A stretch of 64,000 nucleotides of DNA, taken from assembly GCA_000091205.1 (NCBI GenBank), contig AP006491.2; one strand, written 5' to 3'. This DNA is from Cyanidioschyzon merolae (Eukaryota). This document shows positions 10,968-21,963 of this stretch, one piece after another. The notes under the pieces are model-generated. The model searched no databases, was not told where the DNA came from, and saw nothing but the letters and a program-made list of their open reading frames with translations. The stretch's first letter is position 1. Each line of letters starts with the position of its first letter. Position numbers and translations under genes: made by a program.

Positions 10968-11450
10968 GCGCAGACGCCTCCCAGCGGTTCTTTTTTAACT
11001 GACCACCTACTATCGACTTCAGCTTTTCCTTGTAAACTTTGAACCTGAGAGGCTGCCCCGCAAAGCTCGATCGCGTCAGCTCCTCGGACCTCGCCTCCAG
11101 CAACGCACATCATCTGATATTGATGGTTGCGTTAAAGTCTCGGTTCGCGAACTCCATGCTTTTGCTGCTTCTGGATGAACTCACCATTACGAGGATTGCT
11201 ATAGTTTGCGACCTCTGTATCACTCCAGTCTCGTCATCGCTCCGTCGTACAAACACGTTTTCTCGCCTATCTCCCATGTTCTTCCTCTTCCCTATGTGCT
11301 CCGTCACTTGCTCCTCTTCGCTCGATAGTCGGCGAGAAGAGGAGTTTTCGTTTTTCTCCGGCACTCGGCGATGACAACGCTCCAGGATCCTCGATTTGCA
11401 TATCCATATCATTCCCTTGGATTCCATATTTCTTCACCTGAACGCTTCTG
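10968..11450 (-). mobile_element. miniature Fanzor/TnpB-derived non-autonomous element, copy F2 (~483 bp)
   Basis: Minus-strand frames read ..KSMEFANRDFNATINIR (ORF 11110..11427) and ..FAGQPLRFKVYKEKLKSIVGGQLKKNRW (ORF 10843..11103), homologous to the last ~130 aa of the large-element protein. 5' end cagaagcgttcaggtgaag (rc at 11432-11450). Right-end core gggaggcgtctgcgc (rc at 10968-10982). Same internal-deletion architecture as F1, F3 and F4. Confidence 0.7.
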
Positions 11451-11694
11451 CTACGCACCGCGAACCAGCGTTTCATGACACGCACACGCGTGGGGAACTT
11501 CATGGAGGTGAAAGCCTCGACAAGCATTGTCCAATTTCATGCTGCATTGTACATATGCCGTTTTATACAGTTTCCGAATGCCACTGCTGGCTGCGCGCGC
11601 GCAGGCATCCAGCGAGCGATGCGTCGTGGCGTCCTACGAACGCATCCATGCGACTCGTCTCGCAACTGCGTTTCACGACGAAGGCTCAAACGCA

Positions 11695-12154
11695 ATGCGC
11701 ACCCTTCCGGCTTTCATTTTCCCTCTAAACCTAACGCTCGAGCAAGTATCCTCAAGCGAAACTCTCTCACAGCGGGAAACGCGACCGAGAACGGTTGTAC
11801 GTCGGGCAAGAGCGCGCCGTTCAGGGAACGGTGTCGAGTTGCCAGCAAACGCACTGAGCACCACTTGGCCTCTAGCCTCTGTTTACCCGAGTGTCTTGGA
11901 AATGCAGTGTGCTCAATCAAGACAACGAGACTCCATTCTACTGCAGAGGGCAACGGGCACCGGCAAAGGGCTCAAGTTCAGGTTCGTGAACAGCCACTCG
12001 GCTGATGCGAACGACGGTCTGCGTGCTGGTTCCGGTAAACCTGGTAGCTTGAACGCGCGTGGCTTTGCTGGTGGCTCCGGAGGCGACGGCGCTTCAGGAA
12101 TGAACGCAAGCGAAACGGTGCCCTTGCCACCGTGGTCCCCACTCAGCGCCTCAA

Positions 12155-12185
<31 letters not shown>

Positions 12186-13746
12186 CGACAGCAGTGCAGA
12201 GATGCCGGACGGGAGCGAGGCTGGCGAGGCTGCATCGCGCCCTCGACGCGCACTTCTGCTCATCTCGGATACCGGCGGTGGTCATCGTGCTTCCGCGTAT
12301 GCCATTCGCGATGCCATGAACGAACTCTATCCTGGAGCATTCGAATGGTTCATCGTCGACATGTGGGCCGAGTGGACGCTGTGGCCTTTCAGCTCCATGC
12401 CCCAGTCGTACCAGTTTCTGGCTAAGAATCCGCCTCTATGGCGAGCTACATATTGTTACGGGTCGTTTCCGCTCACGCGACGACTCACCGAGGAGGTCAC
12501 AAATGCGATCTTGCACGATCGCATCCGCGCAGCGATAAACTGCATCCGACCTGACCTGGTGATTTCGCTGCACCCCCTGACTCAGATGCTGCCTCTTCGG
12601 GTACTCAAGAAGATGGGCATTAGGGAACGAATCCCCTTTGTAACTGTGGTAACTGACCTGGGTGGTGCGCACGCAACCTGGTTCGATCCCGACGCGGACC
12701 TGGTGTTCGTGGCCTCGGATGCGGTGCGGCAGTTGGCGATCCGTTGTGGTGTGCATCCCGAGCGCATTCGACAACACGGTTTACCAGTTCGCCCCGAGTT
12801 TTGGGCCGATGCCGAGAGAAACTACGAGTCCGAGCTCGAATCCCTGAATCGAGCGCAACGCATCCTCGAGTCGCGACGTGCGTGGCGCCGGCGGCTCGGT
12901 TTCCTCGCGGAGCATCGGCGAACAGTTCTCATTGTTGGCGGTGGAGATGGCGTTGGCGGCCTCACGCGTATTGCACGAGCGGTCGTCGAACGACTAGACG
13001 CTCTGGCGACGGAGTTGCGTGCGCAGTCACCACCTGCATCGCCGCAGTTCCAGGTCATCGTTGTTTGCGGGCGCAACGAAAGAGCGCGCAACGAACTGAC
13101 GCGCTGGGCCCGCGAGCGGCAGTCCCGACACGGTGATAACGCGCACACCACGGAGACGCGTACGAACCTAACGGTATTCGGATTCGTTTCCAATATGGGT
13201 GAGTTGATGGCGGCCGCCGATGCCATTGTCACGAAAGCCGGACCCGGTACCATCGCCGAAGCATTGATTCGGGGCGTACCGATAATGCTGAGCGGCTTTC
13301 TCCCGGGCCAAGAGGAAGGCAATGTACCTTTTGTGGTCAATCATGGTGTGGGTGAATACCACCAGGGACCCGTTGCGATTGCGAATCGTCTCGCCGAGTG
13401 GCTCGCCGACGAGACACTCCTCCTGCGTATGGCGATTCGTGCACGGGATCTGGGCAAACCGCTGGCAACCTACGAGATCTGTCAGGATATAGCAGAGCTG
13501 GCGCAACGGTTTCCAGGTTACCCCGATACACCGAACGAGTCGGATACGATCATGGGGCAGGCTCCGGGGAACATGCGCGAGCTACGCAACGGCAACAGCG
13601 ATCGTGGTGATGTGGGTCTGGCGGCGCCCTCGGCGGCACGCCGTACAGACAGCACCGACGCTCAGCGCCGGCCGCTCGATGCCACTTGTCGAGCTGCACG
13701 ACAACCGCAAGCTACCTGGCATAGCAGAGTCGTTTCCGTATCCTAG
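11695..13746 (+). CDS. MGD1: monogalactosyldiacylglycerol synthase (MGDG synthase, GT28) with long N-terminal presequence/low-complexity region
   Basis: LISDTGGGHRASAYAIRDA (cf. plant MGD1 SDTGGGHRASAEAI), VISLHPL, VTVVTDLGGAHATWF, VLIVGGGDGVGG, VFGFVSNMGELMAAADAIVTKAGPGTIAEAL. Poly-Asp tract DDDDDDDDDDD from (GAC)n at ~12160-12195. The ORF-track start at 11527 is TTG; candidate ATGs are at 11539, 11578 and 11695 (MRTLPAFIFPL, Phe-containing presequence). The start choice is uncertain. Confidence 0.85.
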
Positions 13747-14367
13747 TGACAGCCGTGCTGGACTAGAATGCGAGGGGTCTTCCAGCTCGTGCATAAAAGT
13801 TAACGTTTGAGCCGCTTTCCACTGAGATCCATACAGGGTTTTTTCTGTGATTTCTTGCTTTTCCTCTGTCTTGTCTCAGGTTTGAAGTGCGCCGCTCTTT
13901 CCTGTTCCTCCAGCTCCGTAGTCAGCAGTTGACAGACGTTGGTGGCAGCGGTAAAGTGCCGATTTCGCTGTTACCAGTTCTTGTCAAAGCATAGCACGCC
14001 CAGACGGAAACTGGTATGCAGACATCGCTTGGCATGTTGATCGTGTTTTTTACATAGGCTCGATGCGCTTTTCGCAGCGATCGAACTCGGATGTGGTCAA
14101 GTGTTCCTGCGTATCCACCGTAGGTGCTGCGCTGAGCACCGCCAGGAGGCGAGTGACCGCTTGCTTCACTGCTCGGTACACGCAACGAATGGTAGCAGCA
14201 GGTACACCTCGATGCCCTGCTTTTCTCTGCCCAGTGCCGTACCGAAGAACTGCGAGCTTCTTGTTCTTCTGGGCGATTTCCCCGGTCGGGGGTACGCTCT
14301 CCGCAGCACGCGCCAGCGCAGCGTGTCACCTTCGATATAGAATCAGTAGTGTGTGATGTTGTCCTTG

Positions 14368-14465
14368 ATGCAACGAGACCCGGATACGAGAATCCGGGCT
14401 GGAGCACAAGTCGAGAAATTTCGATCCTTCTACGCGCCCTTCGTGCGAAACTGTAAGGCACTCGC
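14368..14465 (-). repeat. ~100-nt dispersed motif ending in a hairpin, copy H1 (inverted relative to H2 at 19089..19197)
   Basis: The reverse complement (agtggcgagtgccttacagtttcgcacgaagggcgcgtagaaggatcgaaatttctcgacttgtgctccagcccggattctcgtatccgggtctcgttgcatc) aligns at ~65-70% with 19089-19197. It ends in the hairpin cggattctcgtatccg. Confidence 0.45.
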
Positions 14466-15821
14466 CACTAGAAGCCATCGCTGAGACGACTGCATCCAAG
14501 GCCGGTTTCCGAGCGAGCGAAAGAGACGAGCGCCTCTCGGAGCGTGTCGCATGGGACGTATCGAGCTGCTGTGGACTGCCGTTTCGTCGATGACCACAGC
14601 GAGAGGAGTGTTTCTCTCTTCGAAGTGAATCTAATCTTTGGCTTGAGAAGGTTCGCGAAGTTTCCGAATAAGCTTCTGCACAAGTCGTCCAGAGACGGGA
14701 TCAAGTTTTGGTTTTCTGGTCGCTCCAGTGGCGCGAATGCTTGCGTCTACGTTTTGCCTTGAACCAGAAAAGTCGAAAAATTGAGGACTGCGTGATTTGA
14801 ACATGCCCCACGCAAAGAACGGACAAGAATCGAGCATTGCACATACGCACTGGATCTTGGAATCGCTTACTTTACGAAACCTAGTTCGAGGGTGTCGCAA
14901 GTCATCTGGATTCTGGTCAAACAGCGCATTCCAGGTGCAACGCGTCGAAGGACTCTGGACGTAAACGCAACCGAAATAGCCAAAGCTACGTATGCCTGCC
15001 TACGCCACCGTTGCCGTCATTCGACTACTACCAAGACGCTACATCTGGGACTGGGGCGGGAGGCTATTGAAACGCCCCCACAGAGCCAGCAGTTCAGTCG
15101 TGCATTCCTTTCCCTACGCCTGGATCACGCGTCAGCAGCTTCTCGTCGCGTGCGGTCTCGAACACGCCTCGTTTAAACGCCAACATCGGATCATGTTCCC
15201 GAGAACGCTTTGCTCAAGAGCTTGGGAGCCAGATCGACAATCGCGCACTTTACATCCGTCGCTCGACGTAGGATTCACAGGGCAACTTTGGCATGGCAGC
15301 CACTGCAGCCACGCCTCGAGCCATCGCGATACGCAGTTGAGGGGATGCAACCAGAGAAATCGTCGTCCTTGTGCCGTGGTATTTGGCGGTGCCCAGGCAT
15401 ATGCCGGAGTCCGTTGCGGAGACTTTAGCGCTGCTGATTTGCGTGTCTATTCAACGCTAGGAGTACGCTACTTTTCTGGGTAACCAGCGCGAGATTCGAA
15501 TGGACGCAATTCTCAACCGCATGAAGGCAAGCTGAGCGCCCCTGATGTTTGTTCGTGTTCGTGTGCTTCTGGACGAGCTTCTCGATCATTCAACGACACA
15601 AGACATCGACAGCCTTGCGCCAACAGCCGAAGAATCCGGGCGCATCTTCCGAAGATACCAACCGATCCAGCGCTATGCGCTGCTTTCTATCGATGCCCTG
15701 CTGCCGACTCGAGCAGCAACGCGCGCTACTCGTCAGCACCACGCCACCTGGTTCCGACCCGAGTTCACATCAAAACCATTGACGCATTCGGAAAACCCCC
15801 ATTCGTGCTTGAACGCGAACA

Positions 15822-17855
15822 CTATACCAACAACCATGACGGGCTTTCTATCAGTCGCTGCAGGTCCTGCAGAAACGCCAGACTCGCTGTTCGCTGCACG
15901 CGTCCTGCATCGTAGCTGAGAGTGAGCGTGGCAAAACGCAGTCGCTCGGTATCCAGCGGTTCCACGGATGACTGTGACGTCAAGTTTGCAGCTCTCGGAA
16001 CAAGACGCCTCTGAGGTGCTCCGATCGCCAAGATACCTGCCTGTGGTGGGTTGATAATCGCCGTGAAACGCGCGATCGCCGGTACCATCCCCAGGTTGCT
16101 GATGCTGAACGAGCCGCCCTGGAACTCGTGCAGTTTGAGCTTGTTCTGTCGAGCTCGTTGAACAAGATCCTGCGACTCCGCAGCTATGACACTGACGCTT
16201 TTGGTGTCCGCGTCGTGAATGATCGGGGTAATCAGACCGGTCGGCGTGGCGACGGCAAACGCCAGGTCGACTCGTTCTGCGTTGGTATTCAGCGATCGAT
16301 GCTCCCGCAGTGCAATCGCCACTGCACGAAGGAGCAAGTCGTTGACGGTGAGTTTTGGTGTTCGAAGCGCCTGCAACGAATTTGCTGCCAACATGTTGAT
16401 GGTCTGGCGAAGCTCGAGCAGTGCCTCGAAGTTCACCACAATGGACTGGTACGCGTGGGGTGCCTTTTGTTTGGACTCTAGCAGGCGTTCCGCAATCACA
16501 CGTCGTACCTGACTCAGGGGAATATCGCGAAACTGGGTTGTTGTTGTTGTTGGTGTTGCTGCTGCTGGCGATGGCGATGATGATGTTGGTACCTGCTGGT
16601 GTTCTCGCGACGGCAGCACCCTGGAGCCCTCAGCTGCCGTACCTGTTCCCGGCCCATGCGGTGTCGATGACACGAAAGAAGACGACGACCGCTGCACTTC
16701 AGCAGCGCTCTGTGAATCGCGACGCGTCGAAGCTGCCCCAGAACCCTTTGCTGCAGCCAGCACGCGCAGCAAGTCCCCCTTGAGGACATGACCGCGAGGT
16801 CCACTGGGTTGCAACCTTTGTACCAACGCCGCTGGTAGTTCGTGATTCGCCAACATGGTGGCCACTGCCGGTCCATACCGCCACGGCAGCGGCTCGGATT
16901 CCTGTTCAAGTTGCTGGGTCATTGACGTGTCTGCCTCTGTGGAGCCCGACGAGGCCTGCTGCTGCTGCTGCTGCTGCTGCATCTCCGTCGCCAGTGCATA
17001 CCTTTGGCGCTGAACAGAGGTGCTCTCCGGTTTCGTTGCAGAATTCCAGTCCATACGTTGCAACGCGGATACGTGTTCTTCATCTTCAGCCAGAACGGCA
17101 ATTAAGGTGCCCACGGGAACGTCCTGGGTGCCGTCGGGAACAAGAATTTTCGCTAAAATGCCCTCTTCCTGACTTTCAAACTCAATGGTGGCTTTATCGG
17201 TTTCGATCTCCGCCAACACATCCCCGGCGGTTACAGGTTCACCCTCCCGTCGCTTCCACGCCAAGAGGTTACCGGCTTTCATGGTAGGTGATAGCGCTGG
17301 CATCTTGATCGGAACGTGGGGCGGAAGCGAGTCCGCTGCCGCACTCGAACGCCTCCGAAGCGCACCTCGGGGGCGCCACCGGTCCACGCACGACAAACGG
17401 GTACCTGCAGCGACACATTCGGTTCTTTGTTGCTGGTCGACCACCTGACAGAGACGATGAACTAGACCCCAGGCTGGACGCTGCTGTACGTAGCGCCCAG
17501 CTGGGTCAGATCGCGGCTGCTCTGGACGTCGTAGCGCCCGGCTCCCGTCACCAGAACGAATGAGGTTGTGTCCACCGAACCAGGCTCCCACTGATCGTCG
17601 CTGTATACCGCATCGCCACCACCAGCTCTTGGTTTGCAGGCGAAGCATCGCTTTGGTTGCTTCCTCGACGCTCGTAGAGGCACGTGCTCCAAAGCGCTCC
17701 GGTCGCCGCGAGTTCGTATCGGACACAGTCGCTCCCGAGCGAGCTGCGCCAGCGATTCCCTCGAAGCGAAACGTCGGGCATCCTACGCCCCTGACGGAGG
17801 TTGTAGTGCTGATCGCCGCAGTCGAGGTCGGGGAACCGGTTCCGGGAGGTTCCAT
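15822..17855 (-). CDS. 2-oxoacid dehydrogenase E2-family protein (lipoyl domain + E3-binding domain + acyltransferase core lacking the catalytic His; E3BP-like)
   Basis: Lipoyl domain IKMPALSPTMKAGNLLAWKRREGEPVTAGDVLAEIETDKATIEFESQEEGILAKILV. PSBD-like segment PAVATMLANHELPAALVQRLQPSGPRGHVLKGDL. Core ...GGSFSISNLGMVP...LTLSYDAGRVQRTASLAFLQDLQRLIESP, where the canonical DHRxxDG reads DAGRVQR. A (CAG)n tract encodes poly-Gln. The long Arg-rich N-terminal extension makes the true start uncertain (ATG at 17855 or a later Met). Confidence 0.75.
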   Translation of the reverse strand: MEPPGTGSPTSTAAISTTTSVRGVGCPTFRFEGIAGAARSGATVSDTNSRRPERFGARASTSVEEATKAMLRLQTKSWWWRCGIQRRSVGAWFGGHNLIRSGDGSRALRRPEQPRSDPAGRYVQQRPAWGLVHRLCQVVDQQQRTECVAAGTRLSCVDRWRPRGALRRRSSAAADSLPPHVPIKMPALSPTMKAGNLLAWKRREGEPVTAGDVLAEIETDKATIEFESQEEGILAKILVPDGTQDVPVGTLIAVLAEDEEHVSALQRMDWNSATKPESTSVQRQRYALATEMQQQQQQQQASSGSTEADTSMTQQLEQESEPLPWRYGPAVATMLANHELPAALVQRLQPSGPRGHVLKGDLLRVLAAAKGSGAASTRRDSQSAAEVQRSSSSFVSSTPHGPGTGTAAEGSRVLPSREHQQVPTSSSPSPAAATPTTTTTQFRDIPLSQVRRVIAERLLESKQKAPHAYQSIVVNFEALLELRQTINMLAANSLQALRTPKLTVNDLLLRAVAIALREHRSLNTNAERVDLAFAVATPTGLITPIIHDADTKSVSVIAAESQDLVQRARQNKLKLHEFQGGSFSISNLGMVPAIARFTAIINPPQAGILAIGAPQRRLVPRAANLTSQSSVEPLDTERLRFATLTLSYDAGRVQRTASLAFLQDLQRLIESPSWLLV

Positions 17856-19088
17856 TGATGGACTAGGAGTGAATGATGCGTGCGACGGCGACGACAGGTT
17901 ATGTCATCAAGTTGAACGAAGCGGTTTTGGGGCACAACGTCACAGGCAGCGACCAGCGCCTCGCTGGGCATTCGGGTGCCAGCAAGTGCGCGTGAACTCG
18001 ACCAGACTCGGCATCGCTTAATTGGGCCGTATACGAGTGCCTGTAACTGAGCGGGGTACGCCCTCTATTTGAACACGCTTCAGGCAAGTCTCGTGTGGGG
18101 AGCGACAACGCCACCGTGTACCGCCCCAGGTGCGCCGCTGTACCAAAGGGACAGAGCCTCAGAAAATCGTGAAACCTCAAGAAAGCTTTCGCTTTGATGC
18201 AACACCAAGTCTTCATGAAGCGTGCTAGCGGATGCACAGACTCGGGTGCTGTTGGGGAACGCGGCTTGTTGGAAGCGTATGCCATCGGAGCCGGGAGAGC
18301 GGCGGGAAGCCTCGGGCCTGCGAACATCGCCGCACGCCATACATGATACTGCGTCGTTCTAGCAGTTCTCCAGTGCGGGATTTCAAGCAGGCTGCGAATG
18401 ATATCAGCAACGCGTCCTAGTAGGCGCCTCCTAGACCAACGTCAGGTGAACATGGAACACTGAAATGTCCGCGGTGTTCCTGCTATTCGTATGTCCCGAA
18501 CGTTTCTAGACGTGCAGCAGCGATATTCAAGGTGTGGCAATAAAGGCTTCCGGATTCATATTCATGTATGAGGATTCTGGCGCGTTGGTATCGGAGTGCG
18601 GACTTTGACGTTTTGCCGCTGGGATTCGTCACGTCACCGGAGTCAAGATCATAGGCGCAGCGCTCAAGCAAAGGCTCCCATATCTCGCTACACCGTGATC
18701 CGGTTTATACGTACAATGCGCCACGCCTCTCCTTTTCTCATGGGTAGTGCATGAAAAAATTACGCATGCTTCACGTTTTCGGCCTTTCTGGTTCCGGGCA
18801 ACCCGTACGTGCAGCCTGTCGTGCCGTTCGATTACAGAGATGAAACACCGACGTCGTTCTTTGACGACTAGTGTACAAGCGCATGCCGAACATTTCTTGA
18901 ACTTGTCACAAAAAACCGATTCCGTCCGAACGAGGAATCATCTTGTATTCCTGGCTATCAAAGCAACGACATTCCACAATAGCGGTGTGATACGGCGCAG
19001 GGGGTATGCTCCCCGAGGCGCTCCTCTCGTCTATTCCCATGGAAACGACGCTTGGGCACGGAAAGCAGTAAGCGCAGGGATCGCATCC

Positions 19089-19197
19089 AGTGGGGCGCTC
19101 TTCACCGCTTTGCTCGACGTGAGCGTGAACGGATGGAGATTTCGCGACTTGCTCCCCAAGCCGGGGTTTTTTCCAACAAAACCCAGCGAGGCACATC
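19089..19197 (+). repeat. ~100-nt dispersed motif ending in a hairpin, copy H2
   Basis: agtggggcgctcttcaccgctttgctcgacgtgagcgtgaacggatggagatttcgcgacttgctccccaagccggggttttttccaacaaaacccagcgaggcacatc. Primary sequence is similar to H1, but the terminal hairpin (ggggtttt..aaaaccc) has a different sequence at the same position. Confidence 0.45.
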
Positions 19198-19509
19198 GTT
19201 TGACGCTGGCACAGACGGTATCCCGTCCATGAACCTGAAAGCCGGTGCTAAGAGCGTCGGCTTCGCAATGGCCCCCGCGCTCGAGCGACCGTTCAACGCC
19301 CACCTGACCCAACGAGGTATGCTGCGCGCACGTCAAAAGGTCTTGCGGGTCTTGCGGGGACCACGGTTTCCCCGGAGCTCGCCAAGATGCGCCCTCCGCT
19401 GAACACAGCGCGCGCTCTGCATCCAGTTAGTTAGGTATGCAACGCGCCAAACAGGCTGACACAGCGAATGCCTGTCGTCGCATCTGCCGGGAACCGCTGC
19501 AGCAGACGC

Positions 19510-21963
19510 CTACGCTGCTCGTTCATGGTCCATGCGCTCCTCAATAGAGTGAGCGAGCGCAAAGAGACGTTGGGCGGCCTCACGGAGACCGCGTTCAGCG
19601 CACATTTCGGCGTTGAGATAGCCGCGGACCTCGGCAAGTGCCAGACCAATCGCTCGACTATTCTCGTCTTCGATTGATCGAGCCCAGGTGCGTTCCTGTA
19701 AGGCAGTGCGCCACTCATTCAAGAACTTGTCTATGGAATGGAGGACGTGCACGGCTTCCGCTTGGTTCAGGGTTTCGTCTGGGTCAGCGAGCAATACGGA
19801 GCGCTCCAATTCTTCGCATTGCTTGGAAGCACTATTCGCGAGGCTCGCACGACGATGATACCAGGTTGCTGCTGACGGTGTCGAGGTATCCAGGGCCTGG
19901 GGCGGCGCATCTTCACCGAAAGCCAGTTTTGACGGTAGCGGTGGCGCTGATAGAGACCCTTCTGGTTCATGCTTGGTTGCGTGTCGGGTTTTTGGCTGCG
20001 GTGTCTTGGTCAGTGCGGGCGGTGTGGTGCGCCCTGCATCGGACGCAGGCGCCGCGGGCGAGCGCTTCACGCGGCGCTTTGAATACGGCGTGTTTGGCAG
20101 TGCATTCGCGGATAGCGCTGCTCTGTGTCGCCCGGTACGCTCGAATGCCTCAGTGCGGGATCGTGCATCAGCGAGGGGTAGCTGCGCAGCGTCGCCCGGT
20201 GGTGGCATTGGTGCGCCTTGCCGGCAACCGTCGTGCCGGGGATCACCGCTGTCACTTTCCTGGGAGTCGGATTCGTGAGCTTTCGCTGGACGAATATCCG
20301 CCGCCTTTTCTGTATCAAGATTCGCGTAATGACCGGATGTGTGCTCGCGCGATGGTGAACGCGTCACTGTATGCACTTCCGCCGCGACCTGATGACCCGT
20401 TGCGGCATTGGAAACGGGCGTAATGCCCTCCCGATGCGTCAGCTGCATGAGTTGGCGCTGCAACGCCTCGAGTTCCCTGCACAGCGCATCCATCTCATCG
20501 CTGAACGCGGGCTGCTCACCTTGTTCATGGCAAGCGCTAGTCGGGCGGACGAGACGCTTTCCGGCTTCGGAAACGACGGATTCTGTCTGGGCTGACGGAG
20601 CTGCCTGACAGTCGGCATCAGCCTCGTGAGCCGGTGCCTGCACCGCTGCTTCTACCGCTGGAGCAGTGCCTTCTCGTGCATCACCCTGACTTGGTGGTGT
20701 TCGCAACGACAGTAAAAACGAGGAGTATTCGCGATTATTTGCGGACATACGTGCTTCGAGTGGCTCCAGGCGCTGACGCGTATCCAATAGGTCGCGTTCG
20801 AGACGCTCACCTCGTTCGTGGCATTGAGCCTCTATCCGTTTGAGCTCGACGCGGCATTGCTCGAGTTCGGCAGCGATGCCCGGCTCTCGGCTTATGCGCT
20901 GTAAAAGGCGATCCTCGAGTGCTCCCATCTCTGAGCGCATGGTATCGCGTAATTTTTGGAATGCTTGCAACACACTGGCCTTGCTTGGACGATTGACGAG
21001 TCGGGCGTCCAAGGCGTCCCGGTCTACCTTATCGACGAGGCACTGACGCATCTCGTCTCGAAGCGCTTGCACGGCTCGCGCAACACATCGCTCTACGGTA
21101 GTTTCCAGTGGCTCCACGAGACCGGCCGCTCGAAGCTGCTCGCGGACGATCTCCGGAATTCGGGTTTGCCAATCGATGCCGCTCGCCATACTGGGTTTCT
21201 CGGTCGAATTCTCTTGTCTCCGCTGGTCTTGGAGCAGTCCCGAGAGCTGCGCCTGCAACGAGCCAATGGTCTTATCTAGACGTGTAACGGCGAAGAGGGG
21301 GCTCGGCTCGACGGCTGCAGACGGCGTCGACTCGTTGCAGCCAGATCGCAAGAGGTTTCCGGCGTTCTCCTGCAGTTCCTTGACCTGCTGCTGGAGCGCT
21401 GCCAATGACTGAGCGATTTCCGCGATGCTCTGCTCGTTGTGCTCCGCAACATGTTCTTGATTCGCTCCCGAGCTTGTACTCCGACGCGCTTGCTCCAGAT
21501 GCCGCAAGCGCGTATCGAGGCTCCGCACCGATGCGGCGGTTTTGCATGCCAAGTTCAGAACGGCTTCGTGGAGGCTCTCAAACTGAGTCTTACTGTCTTG
21601 GTGGGTAACCGTTTCGGGTCCTGCACCACTTGGCTGACGCTGCTGCGCGGCTTGCTTGCGCTCGAGGCTGCGAATGCGCTGCTCACAAGCACGAACGCGT
21701 TCCTGCAGCGGAAGACACGTAAAAACCTCCTCCCAGTTGGACGGCAGAACTTGGTTTTCGAGTCTCGATACCCGAGAGAAGACGTGTCGGAGGTGCTGTC
21801 GCACAGCGAGTGGAACGCGCTTCCACTCGCCCTGACCGAGTGAGAGCGCTCGAATGAGGGCGCTGTCCGACAATAGCTCCTCGGAGACGTCATCGAGCTT
21901 TGATGCTTCCTTTTCCACAGTCTGAAGGTTTTCCTGCTGATGATCTCGCAAGATCCGACTCAT
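19510..21963 (-). CDS. hypothetical coiled-coil protein with proline-rich low-complexity C-terminal half
   Basis: The 2.6-kb open frame (19510..22134) in the track starts at GTG; the first ATG is at 21963. Long heptad-like Q/E/L/R-rich segments (..LQQQVKELQENAGNLL.., ..LEALQRQLMQLTHREG..). No recognisable catalytic domain. Confidence 0.5.
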   Translation of the reverse strand: MSRILRDHQQENLQTVEKEASKLDDVSEELLSDSALIRALSLGQGEWKRVPLAVRQHLRHVFSRVSRLENQVLPSNWEEVFTCLPLQERVRACEQRIRSLERKQAAQQRQPSGAGPETVTHQDSKTQFESLHEAVLNLACKTAASVRSLDTRLRHLEQARRSTSSGANQEHVAEHNEQSIAEIAQSLAALQQQVKELQENAGNLLRSGCNESTPSAAVEPSPLFAVTRLDKTIGSLQAQLSGLLQDQRRQENSTEKPSMASGIDWQTRIPEIVREQLRAAGLVEPLETTVERCVARAVQALRDEMRQCLVDKVDRDALDARLVNRPSKASVLQAFQKLRDTMRSEMGALEDRLLQRISREPGIAAELEQCRVELKRIEAQCHERGERLERDLLDTRQRLEPLEARMSANNREYSSFLLSLRTPPSQGDAREGTAPAVEAAVQAPAHEADADCQAAPSAQTESVVSEAGKRLVRPTSACHEQGEQPAFSDEMDALCRELEALQRQLMQLTHREGITPVSNAATGHQVAAEVHTVTRSPSREHTSGHYANLDTEKAADIRPAKAHESDSQESDSGDPRHDGCRQGAPMPPPGDAAQLPLADARSRTEAFERTGRHRAALSANALPNTPYSKRRVKRSPAAPASDAGRTTPPALTKTPQPKTRHATKHEPEGSLSAPPLPSKLAFGEDAPPQALDTSTPSAATWYHRRASLANSASKQCEELERSVLLADPDETLNQAEAVHVLHSIDKFLNEWRTALQERTWARSIEDENSRAIGLALAEVRGYLNAEMCAERGLREAAQRLFALAHSIEERMDHERAA

